Source: Polyangiales bacterium
GTDB lineage: Bacteria > Myxococcota_A > Polyangia > Polyangiales > Houyiibacteriaceae
NCBI GenBank assembly: GCA_035466435.1
Contig: DATIUW010000106.1
Coordinates: 422-64,421 of the forward strand
Length of the DNA: 64,000 nucleotides
Reading direction: 5' to 3'
Under the pieces are notes generated by a model. The model did no database searches. It saw only the letters and a list, made by a program, of their open reading frames with translations, and was not told the DNA's origin. Within the stretch, counting starts at the first letter, position 1. Every line of letters starts with the position of its first letter. Positions 50,486 to 59,914 of this stretch are shown here, piece after piece. A program made the position numbers and the translations under genes.

Positions 50486-51772
50486 ATGAATGGCGAACCG
50501 GAGAATCCACACCGCAGGGCGATTCGAGCCGGATTGGCGGCCGTGGCCCTGCTCATGTCGACCAATGTACAGGCCGGAGCGCAAGAACCGACTCGAGAGC
50601 CTCCTCCCGAAGCTTCCGCAAAGGAAACCATCGAGGAGTTGGTGACGGCGCCTGGTGGCGTTCCAACTGAATCCATCGATCCCGACCTGGCCGTGGAGAT
50701 GCTGAAATCGAGCACCGCGAAGCTGGAAGAGCAGCTGAGGAACGACCTCGCCGGGGGCACGTACGTCATCGATTTCGACGAGGGCTTCGAATGGGTGCGG
50801 CTCGTCTCGGGAGAGTGGGTCAAAGGCGAGATCCAACGCATGCGAGACGATGTCCTCGAGTTCGACAGCGACAAGCTCTCCATGCTCAGCATCGACTTCG
50901 CGGACGTGACTCATCTGTACTCGCCACGCGTGGAAACCTATTTGTTCTACGATCGAGTCAGCGCCACCGGAAAGGGGATCATCATCCAAGACGAGGTCAT
51001 TATCGAGACCGAGGAAGGTGTCAGAATCTTCCCGCGGGATGAGCTGCAGTCGATCATTCCCGGAGGAGATCGCGAACGAGACTGGTGGTCGATGAAGCTT
51101 CGGTTCGGGGCCACGTTCAACAGGGGCAACACCGATCAGCTCACCTATGACATCAATTTCAATACGCGCCGGGAGGACGATCTCACGCTTCTCGATTTGA
51201 AGTACAATGCGTCCTTCGGTCGGACGGGCGGCGAACAGAACGTCAACCGGCATCTAGGAGAGCTGAACTTGAAGGTTTTCGTCTCCAGGCGTTGGTTCGT
51301 CACGCCCGCATTTGGGCAGCTCTTGAACGACCGTTTCCAGAACATTCGGTTCCGAGCCACGCCTGCGGCCGGCGCTGGCATTCACATCATCGATTCGTCC
51401 AAGGTCAAGTGGGATTTCCAAACGGGTCTCGGCTATCAGTTTCTCCGATTTCGAGATGAAAGCGTCACGAACGGAGACAATCCGCAGAACGACGTGTTCA
51501 TTCCGCTCTACACCTACGCGGATTTCGAGATCACGGGCGACATCGATCTCACGCTGAGCTGGAGGACCAACCTCGTGCTGACGACCATCGGCAACACCAA
51601 CCACACCGGCAAAGCCGATCTATCCATCGAGGTCAATAGCATCCTCAACTTCGACATTGCGTTTCTGTATCTCCGGACCGAGGATCCAGGCCCTCCATCG
51701 GATCCCGCAGACCCGCCTCTCGAGCAGAACGACTACCAGCTCATCATCGGCGTCAGCGTCGAGTTGGGGTAG
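50486..51772 (+). CDS. DUF481-like outer-membrane beta-barrel protein
   Basis: Signal peptide; L.SGE.VKG N-terminal domain; RGNTD; amphipathic strands; C-terminal IGVSVELG. Confidence 0.7.
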   Translation: MNGEPENPHRRAIRAGLAAVALLMSTNVQAGAQEPTREPPPEASAKETIEELVTAPGGVPTESIDPDLAVEMLKSSTAKLEEQLRNDLAGGTYVIDFDEGFEWVRLVSGEWVKGEIQRMRDDVLEFDSDKLSMLSIDFADVTHLYSPRVETYLFYDRVSATGKGIIIQDEVIIETEEGVRIFPRDELQSIIPGGDRERDWWSMKLRFGATFNRGNTDQLTYDINFNTRREDDLTLLDLKYNASFGRTGGEQNVNRHLGELNLKVFVSRRWFVTPAFGQLLNDRFQNIRFRATPAAGAGIHIIDSSKVKWDFQTGLGYQFLRFRDESVTNGDNPQNDVFIPLYTYADFEITGDIDLTLSWRTNLVLTTIGNTNHTGKADLSIEVNSILNFDIAFLYLRTEDPGPPSDPADPPLEQNDYQLIIGVSVELG

Positions 51773-52079
51773 CGCTACGTCCGCCGCGTGAGCCGGCCAA
51801 GCGCAGTAGCTCCCCGACGGAGTGATCGGCTTCGATGGGATGGCGGAGAGGAAAGCGCTTGTCGATATGGTAGTGCGTGCGACGGCCCTGGCGTCGCCGC
51901 GAGATGGCCCCTGCTTCTTCGAGCTCGCCCAGGATCCGCTGCACGGCTCGCTCCGTGATGCCAACCGCTTGTGCGATCTCGCGGACTCGAATGTCCGGGT
52001 CGCGTGCGATGCACAGCAGTATATGCCCGTGATTACTCAGGAAAGTCCATGCTGGAGCCGTCTGGTTCGGGATGGCCAT
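51753..52079 (-). CDS. winged-HTH transcriptional regulator (WTFLxNH family, MarR/ArsR-like), copy 1
   Basis: WTFLSNHGHILLCI, VGITERAVQRI, GRRTHY, PLRHPIE. Confidence 0.9.
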   Translation of the reverse strand: MAIPNQTAPAWTFLSNHGHILLCIARDPDIRVREIAQAVGITERAVQRILGELEEAGAISRRRQGRRTHYHIDKRFPLRHPIEADHSVGELLRLAGSRGGRSATPTRR

Positions 52080-52097
52080 CGTACTGCCGTCTCTATT

Positions 52098-52161
52098 TAC
52101 ATAAAACACAAATCACGTATTGACAAGCAGGAAAAAAATAACATGCTTCAAATATCATGAA
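52098..52161. promoter_or_regulatory. operator array overlapping a sigma70 promoter
   Basis: TACATAA-N8-TCACGTA (52098-52119); CAnn half-sites at 52100, 52114, 52128, 52142 and 52156; TTGACA at 52120-52125. Confidence 0.7.
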
Positions 52162-53842
52162 TCCGGCGACTCATAGCGTTTTGTCGTCCCGGCCGTCGCC
52201 CTTGCGGCGAACGCGACAGCTTCTAGACCTCGATAGACAAGACATCGCTGTCATCATCATCTACGGCGTTGCGTTGGGTCTGCTGTCGCTCGCGGTTCCC
52301 ATTGCGGTTCAGTCGCTCGTGAATACGGTGGCCTTCGGCTCTCTGATTCAGCCTCTGGTCGTGCTGACGATACTTCTTGCCGTCGCTTTGATCGGCGCAG
52401 CGGTGCTTCGGGCTCTCCAAGTACGAGTCGCGGAAATGCTGCAGAGGCGTTTATTCGTCCGAATGGTGATCGAGATCGGTGATCGCCTGCCTCGCATGAG
52501 CGCGCGGGCGCTTCGGGCGGCCAATGGTCCCGAGCTCTTGAACCGATTCTTCGACGTATTCACCACGCAGAAGAGCTTGGCGCATCTGCTACTTGGCGGA
52601 ATCGACGCGCTGTTGATCGCGCTGGTCGGGATGGCGGTCTTGGCGTTCTACCATCCCTGGCTCCTGGCGTTCGACATCGTCTTGATTCTGGGCGCGTTGA
52701 TCGTGCTCTTTCCCCTGGGGCGAGGCGGAACCCGGACCAGCGTGGCGGAGTCGAAATCAAAATACGCCGTTGCATGGTGGCTCGAAGAAATGGCACGGCA
52801 CCCGCTGTCTCTAAAGCAGGCAGGGGGCGGAGATTTCGCACAGGAGCGCGTCCAAGCGCTTGCTCACTCGTATCTCGACAATCGGGATCGACACTTCAAA
52901 ATCGTCTTCCGTCAGCTCATCGGCGCACTGACCTTCGAGGTGATTGCAAGCGTGGCGCTGCTAGCCCTCGGTGGATTGTTGGTGATCGAGCGTCAGCTCT
53001 CGCTCGGGCAGCTCGTCGCTGCCGAGCTCATCGTGACGGCCGTGGTGGCTTCGATTGCAAAGCTCAGCGGGAAAGTGGAGATCTTCTACGACTTGGTTGC
53101 TGCCGTCGACAAGCTCGGAGATATTCTCGATCTTCCCCTCGAGCGTGAGGGTGGGGAGAGCCCACCCTCCAGCGCGGAGCCTCGTGGGCATCTACACATT
53201 CGAGATTTGGAGATCGATCCGGTGCTACACGACGAAATGCCGCCGATTTCTCTCGATCTCCGACCTGGGCAGTGGCTTGCGATCACCGGTGCGCCCGAGC
53301 GTGCCACCGCACATTTGGTGGATGCGATCTTCGGATTGAATCCCGCCCGTGCGGGTCTCGTGGAGATCGACGGACACGACACGCGCGATCTTTCGCTTCG
53401 CAACCTTCGATCTCGAATTGCGCTCGTCCGCAATGTCGAAGTCTTGCCGGGCACCATCCTCGATAACCTCCGTTCGGCGAATGCCGAGCTCAGTGCCGAC
53501 GATGCATGGGCTGTTCTTCACGACGTGGGTCTAGAAGAGAGCATCAAGTCCTTGCCCGATGGTCTCAGCACCGAGCTAGTCGTGGACGGCGAGCCGTTGA
53601 CACGTTCGCAGACGATTGCGCTGACAATTGCGAGAGCTCTCGCGGGCAGCCCGTCGATTCTCGTTCTCGACCGGACGCTCGACTGGCTTGGTCCGAAGGA
53701 GCGGCGGGCCACGCTCGACGCCTTGCTTTCTCGAAGTGAAGTCTCGGTCTTGCTCATCACCGACGAATCGGAGCTCGTTTCCCGCGCCGATGTGCAATTG
53801 GACCTATCCGAGCTGTTCAAACCGCATGGAGAAGCAGCATGA
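52157..53842 (+). CDS. T1SS-type ABC exporter (TMD+NBD) with degenerate ATPase motifs
   Basis: LAVPIAVQSLVN, ELLNRFFD, LSLGQLVAAEL in the TMD; NBD fold with Walker A as GAPERATA, signature LTRSQ and Walker B LVLDR. Confidence 0.85.
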   Translation: MNPATHSVLSSRPSPLRRTRQLLDLDRQDIAVIIIYGVALGLLSLAVPIAVQSLVNTVAFGSLIQPLVVLTILLAVALIGAAVLRALQVRVAEMLQRRLFVRMVIEIGDRLPRMSARALRAANGPELLNRFFDVFTTQKSLAHLLLGGIDALLIALVGMAVLAFYHPWLLAFDIVLILGALIVLFPLGRGGTRTSVAESKSKYAVAWWLEEMARHPLSLKQAGGGDFAQERVQALAHSYLDNRDRHFKIVFRQLIGALTFEVIASVALLALGGLLVIERQLSLGQLVAAELIVTAVVASIAKLSGKVEIFYDLVAAVDKLGDILDLPLEREGGESPPSSAEPRGHLHIRDLEIDPVLHDEMPPISLDLRPGQWLAITGAPERATAHLVDAIFGLNPARAGLVEIDGHDTRDLSLRNLRSRIALVRNVEVLPGTILDNLRSANAELSADDAWAVLHDVGLEESIKSLPDGLSTELVVDGEPLTRSQTIALTIARALAGSPSILVLDRTLDWLGPKERRATLDALLSRSEVSVLLITDESELVSRADVQLDLSELFKPHGEAA

Positions 53843-55176
53843 AGCATTCCTCGATGGACAACACGCCCTGGACTGGTTTCGTGCGTGATCAGCTTCCCCC
53901 CGGGTTAGAGGTTGGCGCGCCTCGACGGCCGACCACCGTGGCAAAGATGCTCGTCGCCATGTTCCTGATGTTCGCGCTGATCGCACTGTTGGCTCCCTGG
54001 ACCCAAAACATCCGCGGGCGGGGCCGCGTGGTCGCGTACTCTCCCGATCAGCGGGTGCAAACTATTGAAGCGACCATTTCCGGCACCATCGAAAAATGGT
54101 TCGTGCAGGAAGGCTCCCAGGTCAAGAAGGGCGATCCAATCGTGAAGCTGACAGACAATGATCCCAGGATTCTCGATCGGTTGGATGAACAGCGTGGGGC
54201 CATCGAGCTGCAGCGCATTGCAATGTTGCAACGCGTCGAAACGCTGACCTCTCGGGTCGAGTCGCTGCGGCGCTCGCAACGCGCCGAGATCAACTCTGCT
54301 GAGGCAAACGTGGCCATCGCCCACCAGGACGTAGCGGCAGCCCAGCAGGACCTCACCGCGGCACGCGCGGAGCTCGAGACGAACGAGCTCAACTTGCGCC
54401 GGCAAAGCGATCTTCGCAAAGACGGATTGGCCTCGCAGCGCGAGCTCGAGCTCGCGGAGCTCGCGGAGCGGCAGAGCAGGGCAAAGGTGGCGTCAGCCGA
54501 AGCGAAGTTTCAGGCATCTCAAAACAAGCTTTATCAGAGTCGCGCGGCCCTTCGTCGCGTCATCGCGTCCGCCGAGGCGGAGATCGAAGGCGCCGAGGCA
54601 GCTCTGAATAGCGCCCAAACCGACTCTGCGTCCGTAAGCGGCGGCCTCGCTCGCTTGGAGGTCGACATCGCGCGACAAGAAGCGCAGATCATCGCCGCCC
54701 CGATCGACGGAACGATACAAAAGGTCGTCGGCAGGCTCGGCGGCGAGCAGGTGTCACGCGGTGAGGTGCTGGCGGTGCTGGTGCCGCAGACCAACGATCG
54801 AGCGGCCGAGCTCTATGTCGACGGAAACGATGCGGTTCTGATCAAACCTGGAACCAAGGTTCGGCTTCAGTTCGAGGGATGGCCCGCGGTGCAATTTGCA
54901 GGCTGGCCGTCCGTGGCGGTGGGTACCTTCGGCGGCCGAGTTGCGTTCGTCGACGCCACCGACGATGGACGAGGCAACTTCCGCGTCTTCATCGTGCCCG
55001 ATCGAGAGGACGACCCGTGGCCGGCCGCGAGCTATCTTCGCCAGGGCGGCCTCGCGAAGGGGTGGATCCTTCTGAATCAGGTGCGCCTCGGGTTCGAGGT
55101 CTGGCGACAATTCAATGGCTTTCCGCCGACGACCGATCCGCCGCCCATGGCTTCTCCGGACGAGGGAGTCCAATGA
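53839..55176 (+). CDS. HlyD-family membrane fusion protein
   Basis: TM followed by PWTQNIRGRG, lipoyl motifs (WFVQEGSQVKKGD, APIDG), long coiled coil, VRLQFEGWPAVQF. Confidence 0.92.
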   Translation: MKHSSMDNTPWTGFVRDQLPPGLEVGAPRRPTTVAKMLVAMFLMFALIALLAPWTQNIRGRGRVVAYSPDQRVQTIEATISGTIEKWFVQEGSQVKKGDPIVKLTDNDPRILDRLDEQRGAIELQRIAMLQRVETLTSRVESLRRSQRAEINSAEANVAIAHQDVAAAQQDLTAARAELETNELNLRRQSDLRKDGLASQRELELAELAERQSRAKVASAEAKFQASQNKLYQSRAALRRVIASAEAEIEGAEAALNSAQTDSASVSGGLARLEVDIARQEAQIIAAPIDGTIQKVVGRLGGEQVSRGEVLAVLVPQTNDRAAELYVDGNDAVLIKPGTKVRLQFEGWPAVQFAGWPSVAVGTFGGRVAFVDATDDGRGNFRVFIVPDREDDPWPAASYLRQGGLAKGWILLNQVRLGFEVWRQFNGFPPTTDPPPMASPDEGVQ

Positions 55177-56612
55177 TCCGAAAAGCGTCGCTCTGCCTAG
55201 GCTTCTTGTTGGGGGGCGTTTTCCACTCGATCGCACTCGCGAGCGAAGAGCGCATGGCGCCCCTGCGCTTCGACGAAGTGCTGCGGTCGGTGACGGCCCA
55301 TGATCCCCGCATCCGCAAGGCCGTAGAGGGGCTGCGTCGCGCCGAAAGCAACACCATGCAAGCGCGCGGTGCGTTCGATCCGCGCGTCGAAGGAGACGCC
55401 GCGCTGCGGACCGGCGCCTACTACGACTTGAGGCGCGCTGACGTCGAGCTTCGCCAAGCCACGACGCTCTGGGGGTCGGAGATCTACGCCGGTTATCGAG
55501 TGGGCTTGGCTCGGAATGATCGCTGGCCGACCTACTTGGAAGATCAAACACTTTCGGGCGGCGAAGTGCGTGCAGGCATCGACATGCCGATCTGGCGTGG
55601 GGGTCCCATCGACGAGCCTCGCGCGAAACGCGCCCGCGCACTGGCGCTCGAAGAGGCCGCGCGCCACGACCTCTCGGGCATGGAGCTCAACCTCGAGCTG
55701 GCCGCCGCCGGCGCCTACTGGAAGTGGGTGAGCACGGGCCAGAAGCTGGAGGTCACGAGGGGCCTTCTTCGCCTCGCCGAAGAGCGTGATGGCCAGCTTC
55801 GACGGCGGTTGGCGGCAGGCTCGATCGCGGAGTTCGACGTCACGGACAACGAGCGCATCTTGTTCGAGCGCCGGGCATTGCTCGTCGCTGCCGAACGCGC
55901 CTTCGAGCAGGCTGCGTTCGAGCTGTCGTTGTTTCTACGGGATTCCCAAGGGCAATCCGTGGTCCCGGGATCGAGTCGACTGCCCGCCGATCAGGAGCTC
56001 CCGTCAGGCCAGGAGCCCGTCGAGGCACTAGTCATGGAACGCGTTCTCATGTGTCATCCCGATCTCCGACAGGTCCGTGCTCAGCTCGATGCCGCAGAGG
56101 TCGACGTGGCGCTCACGAAGAATCAGCTCGCGCCCGACATCAAAGCCCTTTTCCAGTATTCCCGCGACTTGGGTGAGCTCACGGGCACCGATCTGGACTT
56201 CACGCTCCCAGGAAACGTGTTCAAGGTAGGGGTCCAGCTCTCGATGCCGCTTCCGTTTCGGAGCGAGCGCGGCCGGGCGGGCATCGCCCGCGCAGAGGTC
56301 GCACAGACCGAAGCCGAGGCTCGCTTTCTGGAAGATCAGTTGACCGCCCGGGTTCGCGACGCTGCCTCGGCGGTGCGAGCCGCTCAAGAACGGGTCGAGC
56401 TCACCCAGGAGATCGTCGAAACCGCTGTGGAGCTTGCCGAGGGCGAGCGGCGCCGGTTCGACGTAGGGGCCAGCAACCTCATCTTCGTCAACCTTCGAGA
56501 GCAACAAGCCGCCATGGCCAAGATGCAGCTCATCGAAGCGATTGCGATCGTTCAGATCGAGCGCACCCGATGGGATACGACGACCCGCGTCGAGTGCGGC
56601 CGCGGCGGGTAG
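55173..56612 (+). CDS. TolC-family outer-membrane channel
   Basis: Signal peptide; ARGAFDP, AYWKW, ERRRFDVGASNLIFVNLRE. Confidence 0.9.
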   Translation: MIRKASLCLGFLLGGVFHSIALASEERMAPLRFDEVLRSVTAHDPRIRKAVEGLRRAESNTMQARGAFDPRVEGDAALRTGAYYDLRRADVELRQATTLWGSEIYAGYRVGLARNDRWPTYLEDQTLSGGEVRAGIDMPIWRGGPIDEPRAKRARALALEEAARHDLSGMELNLELAAAGAYWKWVSTGQKLEVTRGLLRLAEERDGQLRRRLAAGSIAEFDVTDNERILFERRALLVAAERAFEQAAFELSLFLRDSQGQSVVPGSSRLPADQELPSGQEPVEALVMERVLMCHPDLRQVRAQLDAAEVDVALTKNQLAPDIKALFQYSRDLGELTGTDLDFTLPGNVFKVGVQLSMPLPFRSERGRAGIARAEVAQTEAEARFLEDQLTARVRDAASAVRAAQERVELTQEIVETAVELAEGERRRFDVGASNLIFVNLREQQAAMAKMQLIEAIAIVQIERTRWDTTTRVECGRGG

Positions 56613-56627
56613 AAGGGTCGCCGGCGC

Positions 56628-57809
56628 TCAACCGTGGCAGGTCATTCGCTCGCCGCCCACCGAGCGACGAGATCCGGTCGATTCGAGACGCGCAAGCAGC
56701 TCCTCGCTTGCGCGCAGTGCGAGTAAGGGATCCTCGTCGAGAACCAAGACGTGACCCATTTTTCGGCCGGGGCGGGGCTGAGCCTTGCCGTAGAGATGGA
56801 GCCGTGCCTCGGGGCGGGCGAAGACCAGGGTCCAATCGGGCTCGCCATCCTGCCAGAGATCTCCGAGCAGGTTGACCATTGCGGCCGGGCGGAGAAGTGA
56901 AGGATCACCGAGGGGAAGATCGAACACCGCGCGAACGTGTTGTTCGAACTGAGAGGTGACACAAGCCCCGAACGTGTAGTGGCCGCTGTTGTGCGGGCGG
57001 GGCGCGATCTCGTTTACGAGCACGGCCGTCCCGCCGACCAGAAACATCTCCACCGCCATCATTCCCACGTGGTCGAGGGCGTTGGCGATTCGGGCTGCGA
57101 TCTCGAATGCTTCCGTTTCTACCGTACTGGTAATCGGGGCAGGCGCGACCGTGGTGTGAAGCACGTGATTGCGATGAACGTTCCGAGCGACGGGATAGAA
57201 GCGCATTTCGCCCCTCGGATTTCGTGCGAGAAGCACAGAGATTTCAGCGTCGAACTCGACGAATTCTTCGAGCATGGCAGGCATTGCTCCGATCGCCTCC
57301 CACGAAGCTTCGAGCTGGTTTGCGGCGGCGATCACGGCCTGACCCTTCCCGTCGTACCCCGAGTGCCGGCTTTTCAGCACGCAGGGGAAACCGAGGCTGG
57401 CTGCCGCTTCGCGGAGCTCGGTCAAGTGGCTCACCGGGAGGCAACGTGGTTGCGGCGCCTCGATGCTTTCGAGGAAACGCCGTTGCGCTCGACGATCCTG
57501 GATGGTTTGCAAAACCGAAGAAGAGGGGCGAACGGGACCGATGCGCTCGAGATCGGCCAGCATGGATGCCGGAACGTGCTCGGTGTCCAGCGTGATGACG
57601 TCGACTCGACGAGCGAGCTGTTTGGCCGATTCGACGTGGTCGAGCTGGCCGGGGACCCACTCATCAGCCAGAGGGACCGCGGGATCGTCTCGATCGGGGC
57701 TCAATACACAGACTCGGTAACCCATGCGGCGGGCCTCGAGAATCATCATCCGTGCGAGCTGGCCCCCCCCGATGATGCCGAGCGTTGCACCTGGGAGCAG
57801 TGGGCTCAT
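56628..57809 (-). CDS. purK: N5-carboxyaminoimidazole ribonucleotide synthase
   Basis: [43 protein letters not shown]. Confidence 0.97.
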   Translation of the reverse strand: MSPLLPGATLGIIGGGQLARMMILEARRMGYRVCVLSPDRDDPAVPLADEWVPGQLDHVESAKQLARRVDVITLDTEHVPASMLADLERIGPVRPSSSVLQTIQDRRAQRRFLESIEAPQPRCLPVSHLTELREAAASLGFPCVLKSRHSGYDGKGQAVIAAANQLEASWEAIGAMPAMLEEFVEFDAEISVLLARNPRGEMRFYPVARNVHRNHVLHTTVAPAPITSTVETEAFEIAARIANALDHVGMMAVEMFLVGGTAVLVNEIAPRPHNSGHYTFGACVTSQFEQHVRAVFDLPLGDPSLLRPAAMVNLLGDLWQDGEPDWTLVFARPEARLHLYGKAQPRPGRKMGHVLVLDEDPLLALRASEELLARLESTGSRRSVGGERMTCHG

Positions 57810-58312
57810 AGCTTCGTCTCCAGGACTTTCGCCGTCTGCGCGGATCGATAGGCCTGGAGCCGTCCGCGTAGCTCTGCGTCGCCCCGTGCCAGGATGGCTG
57901 CGGCCAGCAGTCCGGCATTCGCGGCGCCGGCATCGCCGATGGCCAAGGTGCCCACCGGGATTCCCTTCGGCATCTGCACGATCGACAAGAGGGAATCCAT
58001 CCCGCTGAGAGCGCTCGTACGAACGGGGACGCCGAGGACGGGAAGCAGAGTCTTGGCAGCGGCCATGCCGGGTAGATGGGCTGCGCCACCAGCGCCCGCG
58101 ATCAGGACCTCGATGCCCCGGGCCTCTGCCTGCTCACAGAAGCTGAACAGTAGGTCGGGCGTTCGATGGGCGGATACGACCTTCGCCTCGTACGGGATCC
58201 CGAGCTCGCTCAGCACACGGGCCGCGTGCTCCATCGTGGACCAATCGCTCTGGCTGCCCATGATGATGGCAACGCGGGCCGGAGGGGGATCAGGGCTTGT
58301 TGGTGCTCCCAT
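57806..58312 (-). CDS. purE: N5-CAIR mutase
   Basis: [39 protein letters not shown]. Confidence 0.98.
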   Translation of the reverse strand: MGAPTSPDPPPARVAIIMGSQSDWSTMEHAARVLSELGIPYEAKVVSAHRTPDLLFSFCEQAEARGIEVLIAGAGGAAHLPGMAAAKTLLPVLGVPVRTSALSGMDSLLSIVQMPKGIPVGTLAIGDAGAANAGLLAAAILARGDAELRGRLQAYRSAQTAKVLETKL

Positions 58313-58419
58313 GCGACAATATACTCACGAACCCGGCTTCGCGGGTCCTATATTGCCGGAGGCCTTCGAGCGCAAGCCGTTCAGGCGAAAAAAGCTCCCA
58401 ATTGCCGACAGTTAGCGAT

Positions 58420-58449
58420 TTGACTCGTGAAATCAGCGTCATGTAAGGT
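58420..58449 (+). promoter_or_regulatory. promoter of regulator copy 2 with the operator between -35 and -10
   Basis: TTGACT-18 nt-TAAGGT, containing CTCGTGA-N8-TCATGTA (58424-58445). Confidence 0.65.
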
Positions 58450-58493
58450 CGGCACGCCTCGATTGCAGCACGTGAGCTGAGGAACGACGAAAC

Positions 58494-58820
58494 ATGGCAA
58501 AAAATAGCGCGAAGGCTGCGGACCAGGATTCCTCGTGGACTTTCCTCACCAATCATTCTCACGTGCTCTTGTGCCTTGCAGAGGACCCCGAAGCGCGAAT
58601 GCGCGATGTTGCCACACGGGTGGGGATTACCGAGCGCGCGGTTCAGCGCATCGTGTCCGAGCTCGAGGCCGCAGGCTACCTCGTGCGGCACAGAGAAGGG
58701 CGCCGAAATCGATACGAGGTCGAGGGGAACCTTCCATTGAGACACCCCGTCGAGGGTCACCGGAATCTCGAAGCCCTCATCAGGCTCATCCTGGGCTCCG
58801 AGGCCAAGCCGTCCCGCTGA
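58494..58820 (+). CDS. winged-HTH transcriptional regulator (WTFLxNH family), copy 2
   Basis: WTFLTNHSHVLLCL, VGITERAVQRI, GRRNRY, PLRHPVE. Confidence 0.9.
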   Translation: MAKNSAKAADQDSSWTFLTNHSHVLLCLAEDPEARMRDVATRVGITERAVQRIVSELEAAGYLVRHREGRRNRYEVEGNLPLRHPVEGHRNLEALIRLILGSEAKPSR

Positions 58821-58830
58821 CGGCGCGCGC

Positions 58831-59913
58831 TCAGCCTTCGTCCGATTCGGAGTCGTTCTTCTCTTCCCGGCGGCGTGTGAGCTCCGACTCGAGCTCGGTT
58901 TTGAGCGCTTCGAGACGCTTGATGCGAGCCTCCGCTTCCTCCTCGTCGATCTCGCCCGCATCGTTCTTCTTCAGCTTCGCGATCTCTTCCACGACGCTTT
59001 CGAGCTTCTGCTCCAGCTTGGCCTCGCTCTCGGCCAGCTCGGCCTTGTCGAACATCCGTTCTTCGGGTCGAGATTCGTTCGCCGACGTCTTTTCTCTGCG
59101 CGCGCGCTGGACCGCGGGAATGAAAACGCGGTTCTCCGGGAGCTGGCGTTGATTCATGAAAGTGGGGGACACGATCTCGATGCCCGCCTCGTGCAGGCTG
59201 TCGAGCGCGCTCTTACGGAGCTCGGACTCCGCGCTGAGCAGGTATTTCACCTCCTCGAGGAAGCCTGCCACCTGATAGGTGATCGAGAAATCTCCCAGCT
59301 CCAACACGAAAACGAATGGATCCGCGAGACCCGCACGACGGGCAGCTTCGAGCAAGCATTTTTCTACCTCGCCGCGGGGCACGTCGTATCCCAGCGAAAC
59401 CGTGGCGGAGATGAACGTGCCCGAGGAGCGGACCACGGTGACGGGGTTTGAAACGAGGTAGAGGTTCGGTAGGGTCGTCAAGTCGCGCCGCTCGTTCTGG
59501 ATCTCGGTTCGCAGCAACCCGAGCTCGGACACGCGTCCGCGGTGTCCTTCGACGACGATGAAGTCCCCAGGCTTGAAGTTTCGAATGGAGCGCAGCATCA
59601 GGCCGGCCATCGCGTTGCCTAGCAGGGTGGTCGATGACAGGGCGACTGCTGCGGTCACCAAAATCCCCAAGAGGCTCAGAAGCTGCCCACGAGCGGCGTC
59701 GGCAATCGGAAGCTCGAGGATCACGAGGACTACGACGACACCCGCCAATGCTCCAATGAGAAGTTGTTGCGAGATGCGGCTCCCGGACGTCGGAGGCTTT
59801 CGCTTCATCAGAAGCTGATACGCAGCAGTGACGATCAAGATCCCGATCAGCAGTATGACCAGCGCGGGAAGCCACTCGCGGAGGGAGGCTGGAATCGATT
59901 TCAGGTAGTCCAT
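58831..59913 (-). CDS. MscS-family mechanosensitive channel
   Basis: Three TMs; LGNAMAGLML, FKPGDFI, GRVSELGLLRT, LPN, VSLGYDV; acidic coiled-coil tail. Confidence 0.9.
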   Translation of the reverse strand: MDYLKSIPASLREWLPALVILLIGILIVTAAYQLLMKRKPPTSGSRISQQLLIGALAGVVVVLVILELPIADAARGQLLSLLGILVTAAVALSSTTLLGNAMAGLMLRSIRNFKPGDFIVVEGHRGRVSELGLLRTEIQNERRDLTTLPNLYLVSNPVTVVRSSGTFISATVSLGYDVPRGEVEKCLLEAARRAGLADPFVFVLELGDFSITYQVAGFLEEVKYLLSAESELRKSALDSLHEAGIEIVSPTFMNQRQLPENRVFIPAVQRARREKTSANESRPEERMFDKAELAESEAKLEQKLESVVEEIAKLKKNDAGEIDEEEAEARIKRLEALKTELESELTRRREEKNDSESDEG

Positions 59914-59914
59914 T

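Noticed and set aside
58310..58329. CATG...CACG at the purE start as an additional operator
   Set aside because: Half-sites are 16 bp apart rather than 14, with a weak flank match.
51753..58820. Composite mobile element bounded by the two regulator genes
   Set aside because: The paralogs are diverged, and there are no terminal repeats, transposase or integrase.
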